Of a stretch of DNA of 64,000 bases, positions 49,946-60,645 are shown piece after piece. Each line of letters opens with the position of its first letter. The first letter of the stretch is position 1. This stretch comes from Candidatus Bathyarchaeia archaeon (GTDB taxonomy: Archaea; Thermoproteota; Bathyarchaeia; Bathyarchaeales; Bathycorpusculaceae): contig JBEKKX010000006.1 in assembly GCA_050010515.1 (NCBI GenBank), positions 1 through 64,000 on the forward strand. The letters run 5' to 3'. Under the pieces are notes generated by a model. That model worked only from the letters and a program-made list of their open reading frames with translations. It had not been told where the DNA came from and did no database searches. A program made the translations under genes and the position numbers.

Positions 49946-51574
49946 ATGGTTAAGTATATTTTCGTAACAGGCGGCGTGTTAAGTTCGGTCGGCAAAGGCA
50001 TATTGACTTCTTCCATCGGTAAAATGCTTCAGGCTCGAGGATTAAAGCCTACGGTTGTAAAAATCGACCCTTACGTAAATGTTGATGCGGGAACGATGAA
50101 TCCGTACATGCATGGTGAAGTCTTTGTGACCGACGACGGAGGAGAAACAGACTTAGATTTAGGCTGGTACGAACGCTTCTTAGATTTAAGCCTCAAACAA
50201 GAAAACAACTTAACCACTGGCATGGTTTATAAATCTGTTATTGAGAAAGAGCGGCGAGGCGACTTTTTAGGACGATGCGTCCAAATTGTGCCACATATAA
50301 CTAACGAAATTAAAAATCGCATTAAAATCGTGGGCAAAGCTACATGTGCAGATATTGTTTTGACTGAAGTTGGCGGAACAGTTGGCGACATTGAAGGCTT
50401 GCCATTTCTGGAAGCTATTCGCCAGATGCGTATTGATGAAGGCTATGAGAATACGCTTTATGTACATTTGGCTTTGGTGCCCATTTTAGATGTTACTGGT
50501 GAAATGAAAACCAAACCCTTACAGCACAGCGTTAACGAGTTAAGAGGCATCGGTATTCAACCTGATACTATAGTGGCTAGAAGCCCCAAAATGATTGATG
50601 ATGAAGCCCTCAGAAAAATAGCTTTGTTTGGCACTATTCCGGAAAGCTCCGTTTTCTGCTCTTATAACGCTGAATCCGTTTATCAGGTTCCGCTTATTTT
50701 AGATAAGCAAGGTATGGGCGATTTCATATGTCAAAGATTAGCTATTAAATGTGACACTAAAGATTTCGGTGCTTGGCAGCAGTTCGTTGAAGGACTGGTA
50801 AATCCAAAAAATGAGGTAAAGATAGCGTTAGTAGGCAAATACGCTGGGTTAGCTGACAGTTATGTAAGCATGACCGAAGCACTCCGGCACGCTGGCGGCG
50901 CATGCAAGACTAAAGTTTGCATCTCTTACTTAGAAGCTGAGAAACTGGAGCATGAACCTCAATGTGTAAAAGACCTTGCCAATTTTGACGGAGTTTTCGT
51001 TCCTTACGGATTTGGTCCAAGAGGAACTGAAGGCAAAATTGCAGCTGTCCAGTTTGCCCGAGAGAATGATATTCCATTCTTAGGCATTTGTTACGGTTTC
51101 CAATTAGCAGTTATCGAGTATGCTCGAAACGTTTGCGGGTTAAAGGATGCAAATAGCACGGAAATTAATCCTGAAACTCCATATCCAGTCATAGACCTTA
51201 TGCCTGAGCAGCGTGGCATAGAAATTAAGGGCGCAACGATGCGTTTGGGTGCGCATAAAGTGATTTTGCAAAAAGGTACGCTTGCCTATAGCATGTACGG
51301 GCAAGAAGAAATTTACGAGCGCCACAGACACCGCTTTGAAGTTAACTTGGACTACCAAGAAAATCTAAGAAACAATGGTTTATGCTTCACTGGCAAAAGC
51401 ACTGACGGCAGAAGAATGGAAACCTTAGAGTTGCCAAAAAACTACTTCTTCTTTGCCTCTCAGTTCCATGGAGAATTCAAAAGCCGACCTGGAAGACCTT
51501 CACCTGAATACTTCGGGTTTATCCAAGCATGCATTAATAAAAAGCTTGGAAAACCAAAAGCCATTATTTCTTAG
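49946..51574 (+). CDS. pyrG: CTP synthase
   Basis: KYIFVTGGVLSSVGKG, KTKPLQHSV, GICYG, RHRHRFE, FHGEF. Confidence 0.97.
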   Translation: MVKYIFVTGGVLSSVGKGILTSSIGKMLQARGLKPTVVKIDPYVNVDAGTMNPYMHGEVFVTDDGGETDLDLGWYERFLDLSLKQENNLTTGMVYKSVIEKERRGDFLGRCVQIVPHITNEIKNRIKIVGKATCADIVLTEVGGTVGDIEGLPFLEAIRQMRIDEGYENTLYVHLALVPILDVTGEMKTKPLQHSVNELRGIGIQPDTIVARSPKMIDDEALRKIALFGTIPESSVFCSYNAESVYQVPLILDKQGMGDFICQRLAIKCDTKDFGAWQQFVEGLVNPKNEVKIALVGKYAGLADSYVSMTEALRHAGGACKTKVCISYLEAEKLEHEPQCVKDLANFDGVFVPYGFGPRGTEGKIAAVQFARENDIPFLGICYGFQLAVIEYARNVCGLKDANSTEINPETPYPVIDLMPEQRGIEIKGATMRLGAHKVILQKGTLAYSMYGQEEIYERHRHRFEVNLDYQENLRNNGLCFTGKSTDGRRMETLELPKNYFFFASQFHGEFKSRPGRPSPEYFGFIQACINKKLGKPKAIIS

Positions 51575-51642
51575 CAATCAAGGGTAATAGTAGAAAAAGC
51601 TATAATGCATGATTGACATGAGACGGTAAGGATTGGTTAAAA

Positions 51643-51933
51643 ATGACTGAAGAAGGAAAATGGGATTCAAACGGTTTTGACAAGCTAATGAAAAATAGCA
51701 AAAACGAACTTTCAGATTTACAGAACCAGCAGCAAAATTTAATGATGAAGTTTTGTTTGCGTGCCTTGAGAGTTTATCAAGCTACAAGGCCAGAACCGCT
51801 AAGACCTAATGAAGTCTCTTTGCTAATTAAGAACGAACTGAACAACGTTATTGCTGACCTTACAGCGCAGTCAAACTTGGATAACATTGCTAAACTTGTA
51901 AAGGAAGAGTGGACTAAACAGCCTAAACCATAG
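51643..51933 (+). CDS. hypothetical protein
   Basis: 96-aa helical ORF. Confidence 0.6.
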   Translation: MTEEGKWDSNGFDKLMKNSKNELSDLQNQQQNLMMKFCLRALRVYQATRPEPLRPNEVSLLIKNELNNVIADLTAQSNLDNIAKLVKEEWTKQPKP

Positions 51934-52570
51934 GTTAACTACCTTAACACTGTTTTTTCCATGCGACCGTAACTGGCATGCAAAGGCTTGTTTGAGACAC
52001 TGGCAAAGCGAGGCCTACCCGCACTTTTGAGGTAATTTTCACTCAATAGTGCGCATACCTACCCGTACCTCATTTTTTAAACACGGTTCACCAGCTAAAA
52101 ACTATGTTGCCCCTCTCCTCATTTAGCTATCAATTTCGGGAACAAATTGACAAGCGCTCCCTGCCTGCACGCTGAAAAATACGAGAACAAAATAGAATGG
52201 GCTGTCGGGTGCATGAGCCTTCAAAAGTGAACCCAACTTGTTTTTTCCACTGAAAACTGATATAGTCGCAAGAATCAACCCATAACCTTACTCTACCGCA
52301 TAAGTCCTACAGGTCATTAAAAGGTCGGTCAAAACTGCCTTCTTGCCTGCGTTCTTGCCCATCTCAGAAATTTAAAACTCGCCCGAAACTTCAATGGCAA
52401 AAATGTGACAAATTAATGTCCCTCCTAACATTGGATTTACGCCACATAAAGGACCCGCTATGAAAATAAATTTGGTGTATGACTTTTGCTTTTTTATGCA
52501 TTGCAGTTCATAAGAAACATTAAAAGGATTAGCATACAACCTATTCTTATAACTATAAATCGTTGGTGAA

Positions 52571-53869
52571 GTGTTGAGCGACCATTATGCACCTCTAGTA
52601 GGAGACAGCTATGCTCCTGAAAAGATAAGAGTAATTATTCCAGTGGGCGGAAAAGCAACACGCCTCTTGCCGTTGACGGCTGAAACAAGCAAAGCCTGCC
52701 TACGCTTTTTGAACAGGCCGCTAGTAGAGTTTTCTCTTTTGTCGCTGGCAAGCCAGGGCATTCGCAACTTTATCTTCGGAGTTAAAGGCTATACCAACTA
52801 TCGAGACCTGTATGACTATTTTGAGTCAGGCTATGGATTCTCAGCACGTTATAACATAAAGCCACGCATCCACATAAAATATCAGCCTAACGTTGATGAT
52901 TTGGGAAGCGCTGATTCAGCAAGAATAAACATGGAGTACTATGAACTTAACAACCCAGTTTTCGCAGTACAAGGCGACAACATTTTTGACATAAAAGTTA
53001 AGAGCTTAATTGATTATCATAAAGAAAAATGCGCCACCTTAACCATAGTGTTGCGAGAAGTTGATAACGTTGAAGGCTTAGGCATAGCTGACATCGACAA
53101 GAACGGTCGCATACAAAGATTTGTCGAAAAGCCACTGCCTAAAGACGCTCCTAGTAACCTTGCGAATACAGGTTTGTACGTGTTATCACCTGAAGTGAAA
53201 AAGATTTTCATGGAAAAAGGCGTTAAACAAATCATTAAAGAAAGAAAGAGGTTAGACTTCGGTTACGACTTCATTCCCTACGTGATTCAGACTGGACGCC
53301 CAGTGTATGGCTACACGTTGAAAGGCAACTGGTTTGACGTGGGCACACCTAAAAACTACTTAGAAGCCATGAAGAACATGCTGCACGGCGGCTTCTCAAC
53401 CCTAAACGATTTCGGCGGAAGACTAAAAGAGGGAGACCTAATTTGGGTTCAAGGCGAAAGCAATGATTCAGAAAAATGCCGTCTAGAAATTATCCATAAA
53501 ATAAAACAAAAGAAAATCACTATTGAAGGCGCTGTTTTGATTGGGAGACATTGCCAAATTGAAGATGGCGCAAGAATTGTGGATTCATGCATTGACAATT
53601 TCACTAGAATAGGCAAAAACGCTGTAGTATCCAACTCGGCAGTAATGGACAGAGTGATAATCGGAGAAAACGCTGAAGTATTCGAAAGCATAATCGGCAG
53701 ACACGTAATTGTTAACTCAAGCCAGCGTAAACCAACAAAAATAACCGCCATCTCAGTAATAGCAGACGATGTAAAACTAGAAGAAGGCTGCTCCCTTACA
53801 GCGTCAAAAATTTACCCACACCAGTACATTCAAGGAGAATTCCAAAACCAAACAATAATAGCAAACTAA
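52571..53869 (+). CDS. NDP-sugar pyrophosphorylase with C-terminal left-handed beta-helix
   Basis: GGKATRLLPLT..SK, FVEKP, NTGLY, DFGYDFIP, WFDVGT, hexapeptide repeats; sugar and nucleotide specificity not determinable. Confidence 0.88.
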   Translation: MLSDHYAPLVGDSYAPEKIRVIIPVGGKATRLLPLTAETSKACLRFLNRPLVEFSLLSLASQGIRNFIFGVKGYTNYRDLYDYFESGYGFSARYNIKPRIHIKYQPNVDDLGSADSARINMEYYELNNPVFAVQGDNIFDIKVKSLIDYHKEKCATLTIVLREVDNVEGLGIADIDKNGRIQRFVEKPLPKDAPSNLANTGLYVLSPEVKKIFMEKGVKQIIKERKRLDFGYDFIPYVIQTGRPVYGYTLKGNWFDVGTPKNYLEAMKNMLHGGFSTLNDFGGRLKEGDLIWVQGESNDSEKCRLEIIHKIKQKKITIEGAVLIGRHCQIEDGARIVDSCIDNFTRIGKNAVVSNSAVMDRVIIGENAEVFESIIGRHVIVNSSQRKPTKITAISVIADDVKLEEGCSLTASKIYPHQYIQGEFQNQTIIAN

Positions 53870-53889
53870 GCATTATTGTCAATTAAATA

Positions 53890-54066
53890 ATGATGAAATT
53901 GGGTAAACTAAACGGCTCGAAAAAGAGGACTAATCCAATTGTTCAGAACCCAACAGAACTACTTACCGGTTTAGCCAAAAGAGTACAAGTTACAGAACCA
54001 GTGAAGCAAGAGCTAATGAAGGCATCAGCGTTAGGAATAGAAAAGAAACTATCGAGGTCTAAGTAA
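53890..54066 (+). CDS. possible 58-aa hypothetical protein
   Basis: Open frame MMKLGKLNGSKKRTNPIVQ...SRSK fills the gap; no motif. Confidence 0.25.
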   Translation: MMKLGKLNGSKKRTNPIVQNPTELLTGLAKRVQVTEPVKQELMKASALGIEKKLSRSK

Positions 54067-54094
54067 CAAAAAATTCAGCAAGATGTCAGATAAC

Positions 54095-54649
54095 TTAAGC
54101 TTTGAACCACTTGAAAATTAAATACTTAATTTTACCTGAAGCCAAATCTGGCACCGCAATAATAAACCGTTTGCGCACTGTGGTAGCTAGCCGTCCAGCT
54201 TTAACAATCTCGGTTGCTGAAATGTCTGAGCCTGTCTTCTTTACCGAGACCATGTAAGGGGCATGTTCAACGCCTGGACCGTACTTGTAAACGGCGAAGT
54301 CGCAGCCAAACTTTATTCCAGGAGTAACTATTAAGCCGCTGTCCCTAAGGTCGTGGTAAACAGCGTATTTCTCTTCAAATTCATCGTATAACTGTTTAGC
54401 TTTTTGCCTTAGCTTTTTGAGGCTAACCTTGCTCTCGTCTGGATCCTCGTAAATTTCTATTTTCTTGTTCTCGACAAGGTACAAGCCTTCCATCAAATCC
54501 AAAATTAGTGGAGCATCAAACTCTGGAATTTTAGGTTTAGGAATCCCAACTGGCTTCCCGTAATATCCTGCTTTGTATAGTTGAGAGCCTTCAGTAGAAT
54601 TCCACACAACTAAGAAGTTATCGATGAGTTCAACTTTTATTTTTGGCAT
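54095..54649 (-). CDS. endA: tRNA-splicing endonuclease, catalytic subunit
   Basis: VYHDLRDSG..V.PGIKFGCDFAVY..GP..EHAPY...GRLATTVRK (Y/H/K triad). Confidence 0.92.
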   Translation of the reverse strand: MPKIKVELIDNFLVVWNSTEGSQLYKAGYYGKPVGIPKPKIPEFDAPLILDLMEGLYLVENKKIEIYEDPDESKVSLKKLRQKAKQLYDEFEEKYAVYHDLRDSGLIVTPGIKFGCDFAVYKYGPGVEHAPYMVSVKKTGSDISATEIVKAGRLATTVRKRFIIAVPDLASGKIKYLIFKWFKA

Positions 54650-54664
54650 TGAAGTCGGCTCTTG

Positions 54665-55324
54665 TTACATGATGAACGAAAGCATCCGTGCTGCGTCCGC
54701 TGCGTCTTCAGCTTTGTCAGCGCTGTTTTCTAGCAGTTGAAGGATTTCTCTCAGAAGCAAAAGCACTGGAACGTCAAGTTTGCCGTTGAGAACTTTTATG
54801 GTTAATGCTCGGTACTGGTCGTCAACTATTCGCTCAGCGATTTCTACGTCTTTAGCTCTTTCTAGGGTTTTTTGTGAGCCGTAGTTTAGAACCATCATTG
54901 TTTCCCTGAGCTTAAGCACGGTGTCCAAGACAGCTAAAGAAAGCTTAAGCAAGTCTTTTTTGACTTCTGGTGAAATGTTCCAGTTGTGCTCCATTATTTC
55001 AACTAAATAATAAGCGATTCCTTCTGAGAAATCGGCTATTTCGCTTGATAAATTTGTAAATCTCAAGAAGTCTTCACGGGCAATCAAAATGGCGCCTATC
55101 TCTGCTAGCTCTTGAGAAACCATACGTCTTGCCTTGACAACTTCTTCTTCGCCTGTTCTGATTTCGCTGAAGAGCTTTCTTGCGTTTTCCCTGTCGCCGC
55201 TTGCAAAACACTCAGCAAGTTGAGGAATTTTCCTTGAGACATCGACAACCTTACGTAGGTTATCTTGACAAGCGTTTAGGGCTCTCCGTTTCACGCGCTC
55301 TTCTGTTTCTGATGGAAGTACCAC
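54665..55324 (-). CDS. DUF47/PhoU-like protein
   Basis: REDFLR, ERIVDD, LENSADKAEDAAD helical repeat motifs. Confidence 0.8.
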   Translation of the reverse strand: MVLPSETEERVKRRALNACQDNLRKVVDVSRKIPQLAECFASGDRENARKLFSEIRTGEEEVVKARRMVSQELAEIGAILIAREDFLRFTNLSSEIADFSEGIAYYLVEIMEHNWNISPEVKKDLLKLSLAVLDTVLKLRETMMVLNYGSQKTLERAKDVEIAERIVDDQYRALTIKVLNGKLDVPVLLLLREILQLLENSADKAEDAADAARMLSFIM

Positions 55325-55395
55325 TTGTTCCCCCGCCTACGAATATCCCTGATTTATCATGTTACTATCAAGTGTTCATTAAAAAAGTTAGCTGC

Positions 55396-57171
55396 TTAAC
55401 TTTCAATTAATAAACCTAAATTTCCGAAGTTTATTTTTCCTTGGAAGTAACTGTGTAAGAGTTCTGGTAGGTCTTTGACTTGGGTTCGAACTTGTTGCCA
55501 ACTATCGCGGTCTCGTATGGTTACTGTGTTATCTTTTAGCGTATCGTAATCTATGGTTATTCCTAATTGTACGCCTGCCTCATCAGCTCTTGCATAACGG
55601 CGACCGATGGAGCCTGTTTCGTCTAATTCAACCATGAAACCCTCGTTCGCCAGCATCCTTTGCACTTCCGCTGCTTTGGTATCTAAGCCGTCTTTGCTCA
55701 TTAAGGGATAAACGCCAACTTGGACTGGTGCAATGCTTCTTGGAAAACTCATGACAACGCGGTCATCCTTGATGCCGTAAGCATACTCCAATGCCGCGTA
55801 AAAGAGCCTATCAGAGCCAAAACTTGGTTCCACCACATGCGGTATGAAGCGGGTGCCGCGAACAATCGTTTTTTGCCTGCTAATGTCTACTTGGTCAGCT
55901 TTGACTTCATAGTTTTCAACCATAAAGTAACCTTGCTTTTGCATGGCGTCAGCAACTTCCTGCGCAGGAAACTTAGCAAGCAGTGCCGCTACTTTTGAGG
56001 CTTCTTTCTTGTATATTGGACCAAGCTTAGCCATAATTGGCTTGACAACAAGCTCTTCTTTTTCGACAGGATTAGTGTATTCTTTGTAAACGGTCATGTC
56101 GACGCCGCTTGCTTTCATGTGGCACTTCAAATCGTAATCTGTTCGGTATGCATGTCCAGAAACTTCTACCCAGCCCCAACGGTCAACTAAGACTTCTTGG
56201 TCGAAGCTTTGGCTTGAGTAATGCGCTTTTTCCCAAGTGAGTTTTTCGATAAACCGCTGTTTCTCTGCTGGTACGCCGAGCTCCATTAAAAGTTTCTTCG
56301 CCATCACCATGAAAAACGCTTGCCATTCTGAGCGAATTATTTTCCGGTCAAGCGCTTCTCTAACTGTAAGGTCTGTTGTGTCCTCGCATTCTTTCAGCCT
56401 TGTTTCGCATAGTAGAATGGGCAATACTTCGTTTTCCACTTCCGGAAGCAAATGGCAGCATGGCTCTTCAGGATCAAAGAAGAACTCTAAATCAGCAATA
56501 GTGAACTCTCTCAACCTAATCAAGCCTTGCCTTGGCGAAATCTCGTTACGCAAAGCGTGACCGATTTGGATAACTCCGAAAGGAAGTCTTTCCCGCGCAA
56601 CATTGTAGAGGCGGTTAAACTCCACGAAAATATTTTGTGCTGCTTCCGGTCTCCCGTAACCAACCGCACCCGAGTAAGGACCAATAGTGGTTTTAAACAT
56701 TGTTAAGAAATGCTGTGGCTCGCCAAATTTGCCGCCGCAGTCGGGGCATAAAATGCCATGGCGCTCGATTTCTTCTTTAATCTCGTTTAAACTCATTTTT
56801 TCAGCTTCAGCCGAGCTAATGCCTGCTTTTTCCTCAAGCAAATGGTCAGCTCGGAAGCGACCCTGACAGTTTTGGCACTCAACCATCGGCTCCTTGAAAT
56901 GGTCCACGTGACCTGATGCTTCAAAGACTTTTTCGGGCGCAATTACCGATGATTCTATTTCGTAAATCCCGATTTTTTTAATGAAAAGGTCTCTAAGCTT
57001 AGCCTCAATATTCTGTTTCAACCGTGCGCCAAGGGGACCATAAGTTACAAAGCCGCCGCTACCACCGTAAATCTCAAACGATGGCCAGAAAAATCCTCTG
57101 CGGCGTGCCAACTCGTTTATGGCTGTGAACTTGTCGCATTCTGGTTTTGAGCATTTGGCGTCGTCGTTCAA
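55396..57171 (-). CDS. glyS: glycine--tRNA ligase (alpha2 type)
   Basis: RRGFFWPS.EIYGG, RPEAAQ, RNEISPRQGLIRLREF, AHYS, PHVVEPSFG, SIGRRYAR.DE. Confidence 0.96.
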   Translation of the reverse strand: MNDDAKCSKPECDKFTAINELARRRGFFWPSFEIYGGSGGFVTYGPLGARLKQNIEAKLRDLFIKKIGIYEIESSVIAPEKVFEASGHVDHFKEPMVECQNCQGRFRADHLLEEKAGISSAEAEKMSLNEIKEEIERHGILCPDCGGKFGEPQHFLTMFKTTIGPYSGAVGYGRPEAAQNIFVEFNRLYNVARERLPFGVIQIGHALRNEISPRQGLIRLREFTIADLEFFFDPEEPCCHLLPEVENEVLPILLCETRLKECEDTTDLTVREALDRKIIRSEWQAFFMVMAKKLLMELGVPAEKQRFIEKLTWEKAHYSSQSFDQEVLVDRWGWVEVSGHAYRTDYDLKCHMKASGVDMTVYKEYTNPVEKEELVVKPIMAKLGPIYKKEASKVAALLAKFPAQEVADAMQKQGYFMVENYEVKADQVDISRQKTIVRGTRFIPHVVEPSFGSDRLFYAALEYAYGIKDDRVVMSFPRSIAPVQVGVYPLMSKDGLDTKAAEVQRMLANEGFMVELDETGSIGRRYARADEAGVQLGITIDYDTLKDNTVTIRDRDSWQQVRTQVKDLPELLHSYFQGKINFGNLGLLIES

Positions 57172-57640
57172 TTTAGTTTACCTTTTTATGCTTAGTACCG
57201 TGAGTAGATTAAAAGGTTACTAACGAATTAGCGTGGTTATTCAAGCGATAGAGAGTAAAATTTTGGAACAGGCGATGTTGCTTGGTTTTTTTCGCTTATC
57301 AAAAGAGAGGATTGAGGCTTTTAGTGAACTAGCGTATGGTGCCTGTGACTGAAGCAAGCTCCCACTTGTTTTGCTACGCCTAAGCCTTCACGCATGTGGC
57401 GTCTATCTTCTTGGGCGAATGGACTGGTGGTCTGTCTTTTTAGGATGCTGCGCGGGAGTCGTTCTGCCTGTTCATCAGCCGGGTCAACTTGTCGATGATT
57501 TCTGGGAAGCTCCCTTGAATATGTCCGGTAATAGGTTGCCAATACCAATCCCACTGCTTATGTTTGCTTTTAGCCAAGCTTTTTCCAAAGGGGGAAATTA
57601 TATGCTATACTGCCCTAAAAAATGTTAGCAGACAACTATA

Positions 57641-57656
57641 CGCAAGTTTTATAAAT
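57641..57656 (+). promoter_or_regulatory. BRE/TATA promoter candidate
   Basis: CGCAAG followed by TTTTATAAAT about 50 bp upstream of ATG 57703; AGGAG SD follows. Confidence 0.5.
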
Positions 57657-57702
57657 AAACTAAGCCCTAGTGGTATCTATAAAATTTTAGGAGAAAAGAA
57701 AA

Positions 57703-60384
57703 ATGCAAAAGCTAAAAGGTAAAACTATGGCTATTTTATTTGCAGTAATTTTGACACTTTCAATGGAAGGTTCAATGATACTAATACCAACTACTAGCGC
57801 ACATTCACCTGGATGGAATATTCCAACATTTTCTTTCTGCAGTGTTTCACCTAATCCTGTAGGCAAAGGTCAAACCGTTAACGTTAACTTCTGGGTTAAC
57901 ATGCCTCCACCAACAGCGAGTGCACAATACGGCGACAGATGGATGGGTATGACAGTGCTAGTTACACTGCCAGACAAAACCACTACGACTCTAGGACCAT
58001 TTACATCCGATGACACAGGAGGATCACACAGTACCTACACGCCTACCCAAGTCGGCAACTACACTTTCCAAATGAGCTTTCCTGGACAAACATTAGCAGG
58101 CGCCAATGCAGCTCCGGGAACTCCCCCGGGAGTTGCGGGTAACCCGAGTGTTGGTGATTATTACCAACCCAGCAAAAGCAACGTATTTACTCTTGATGTG
58201 CAATCGACGCCAATAGGATATGTACCGGTAAATCCGCTTCCAACAAACTATTGGACACGCCCGATTAACGCTATAAACAACAATTGGTATTCGATTGGCG
58301 GGAACTGGCTTGGTCTTTCTGCATCGACATTTGCTGCGACTGGACAGTACAATGCTACCGGAGACTATAATCCGTATACTACAGCGCCACTCACCAGCCA
58401 CATATTATGGACAAAGCCGATAGCGTTCGGAGGCACAATCGGAGGAGAATTCGGCGGTAGCGAAGAAAGCAACTACTACGCAACTGCGCAGTACGAACCT
58501 AAATTTGCGCCAATAATCATGCAAGGCATACTCTACTACACTGATTATCCAGACACTTCGACTGACCCGACAGGCTGGACTGCAGTAAACTTACAAACTG
58601 GACAAGTAATATGGCAAAATAATATTACCAATGAAGTATTAAAATGCGGCCAAATACTCGATATGATAACACCTAACCAGTACGGAGCACTCACATACCT
58701 GTGGGCTGAGCCCTTAAGTGCAGCCGGCTTTATGGCTGCGGGTGCGTCTTTATCGATGTACGATGCAATGACAGGAAGCTATATACTAACCATTACCAAC
58801 ACTCCTGCGATGACACTTACTGAAGATTCACACGGCGACTTGATAGGCTACTACACTAATACTAGTTATGGCTTCGGACCTTCTGGGATGTTTGTCAGCG
58901 GGGCGTCGCTTACTATGTGGAACTCAACCGTATGCATCAATCTAGAAGTAGGAAACTATGCAGGTGGTCCAAATGTTGCAAATCAATGGATGTGGAGACC
59001 TCCACTAGATGCACAAATTCCGTTCGCTCCGGGAGTACAATGGTCAGCACCACTACCACTTACAGACAAGACAGGCAGCCCATTAACTTACATGATGAGC
59101 TATTTCGGTGAGACTTTCCCCGCGTATTTGCTAGGGATTTCGGCAGTTCAGAGCAATGTAGTATACTTGACAGGGTATAATTCGGGTAGCGGAGGAATGT
59201 TCTTCCAGTCTGGATGGGAAGAAGAACTAGGCGCCAGTGCAACCGACGGCACAATACTATGGGGCGCAATTAACCGGACCGAAGTACCATATTCAATTGT
59301 CTACTCTGGTGGTGTTTGGTCTGGAAGCGACGCTTACGTAGAACTCACTGAATCCACATTGTCAATCAGCAGTTACAGCCTCAGCACAGGCGCCCTACTA
59401 TGGGGACCAACTGCACTTCCAAATGTCAGTCCATATAGTTCACTCGGAGCAAACTCTTTAGTCGCTAATGGCAATATTTACATATGGGGCTACGGAGGAG
59501 ACGTTTATTCCTACAACATCCTTACTGGAGCTTTGAATTGGCAATATCACACGCCGCCCGGTGGCTACGAGTCTCCCTATGGTGTAGAGCCTATATGGAC
59601 TTTCACCGTAGGAACAATCGCTGGTGGTATACTATTCCTTCCCGAAGGCCACATGTACAGTCCACCACTATTCAGAAATGCACAGCAACTGGCTTTGAAC
59701 ATTACTAATGGAAAAGTAGTATGGAGCATGGATGCTTTCGACGTTACTAGCGCTCCCGCAGTGTCAGACGGCATCGCAACAACACTAAACGCCTATGACA
59801 ACCAGATATACGCCTGGGGAATGGGTCCTACCAAAACAACAGTTACGGCACCTGACATTGGCGTGACAACTGCCACACCAGTGACGATAACGGGTTCAGT
59901 AATGGACATCTCTGCCGGCTCACAACAAAACGCAGTAGCAGCAAACTTCCCCAACGGTCTTCCATGCGTATCTGACGCAAGCATGAGTCAGTGGATGGAA
60001 TTCGTTTACGAGCAGCAGCCGTGCCCAACAAACGTGACTGGTGTTCCAGTTACCCTGAGTGTTATTGACGCCAACGGCAACAACAGACCAATCGGCACTA
60101 CCACAACTAATGGCATGGGGACGTTCGCTTATACTTGGACACCTGACATTTCAGGCAATTACACTGTCATCGCCACCTTTGCAGGTACAAACGCATACTA
60201 TGGATCTTCAGCTGACACATACTTCTATGCTAGCTCGCCACCGGCAACACCAGCGCCAACCGCTACACCTGTAACAGGCCTAGCAACAATGTCAGCCCTA
60301 ACTTATGGAATCGCCGCTGCAATAATCGTAATAATCATCGCAATCGCCATAGTCGGCTTACTCTTACTAAGAAAAAAGCCATAA
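57703..60384 (+). CDS. secreted PQQ-like beta-propeller repeat protein with Ig-like domains and C-terminal TM anchor
   Basis: Signal peptide; repeated xTGxxxW motifs (QTGQVIW, STGALLW, LTGALNW, TNGKVVW); P/T linker; TM plus RKK tail. Confidence 0.85.
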   Translation: MQKLKGKTMAILFAVILTLSMEGSMILIPTTSAHSPGWNIPTFSFCSVSPNPVGKGQTVNVNFWVNMPPPTASAQYGDRWMGMTVLVTLPDKTTTTLGPFTSDDTGGSHSTYTPTQVGNYTFQMSFPGQTLAGANAAPGTPPGVAGNPSVGDYYQPSKSNVFTLDVQSTPIGYVPVNPLPTNYWTRPINAINNNWYSIGGNWLGLSASTFAATGQYNATGDYNPYTTAPLTSHILWTKPIAFGGTIGGEFGGSEESNYYATAQYEPKFAPIIMQGILYYTDYPDTSTDPTGWTAVNLQTGQVIWQNNITNEVLKCGQILDMITPNQYGALTYLWAEPLSAAGFMAAGASLSMYDAMTGSYILTITNTPAMTLTEDSHGDLIGYYTNTSYGFGPSGMFVSGASLTMWNSTVCINLEVGNYAGGPNVANQWMWRPPLDAQIPFAPGVQWSAPLPLTDKTGSPLTYMMSYFGETFPAYLLGISAVQSNVVYLTGYNSGSGGMFFQSGWEEELGASATDGTILWGAINRTEVPYSIVYSGGVWSGSDAYVELTESTLSISSYSLSTGALLWGPTALPNVSPYSSLGANSLVANGNIYIWGYGGDVYSYNILTGALNWQYHTPPGGYESPYGVEPIWTFTVGTIAGGILFLPEGHMYSPPLFRNAQQLALNITNGKVVWSMDAFDVTSAPAVSDGIATTLNAYDNQIYAWGMGPTKTTVTAPDIGVTTATPVTITGSVMDISAGSQQNAVAANFPNGLPCVSDASMSQWMEFVYEQQPCPTNVTGVPVTLSVIDANGNNRPIGTTTTNGMGTFAYTWTPDISGNYTVIATFAGTNAYYGSSADTYFYASSPPATPAPTATPVTGLATMSALTYGIAAAIIVIIIAIAIVGLLLLRKKP

Positions 60385-60409
60385 AAACAAAACAATAAAA
60401 CAACCACAA

Positions 60410-60437
60410 TCCCTCTTTCTTTTTCTTTTTTATTTTT
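60410..60437 (+). terminator. pyrimidine/T-rich terminator-like tract
   Basis: Long T-rich run (CCCTCTTTCTTTTTCTTTTTT...) downstream of the stop codon. Confidence 0.45.
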
Positions 60438-60645
60438 AAACGAAATTAATTCCGTTTCTATTTTGGCCTTATCAACCTTTGCTTTTATCCCTACCGTTTA
60501 TGTTGGTCTTTAGCCAAGGCTTCTCTTAAGAAAAAGTGAACCTTTACATAAGTTGCTTTAAACTGAATTAGCCGATAATCCTGCTTTGTGGAAACGCTTA
60601 AAACTATCAGTTGATATTTTAGCGGTTGAATAGGAGAAATGCCTT

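Noticed and set aside
57321-57628. Two overlapping short ORFs between glyS and the propeller gene
   Set aside because: No recognisable protein features; cannot be supported as genes.
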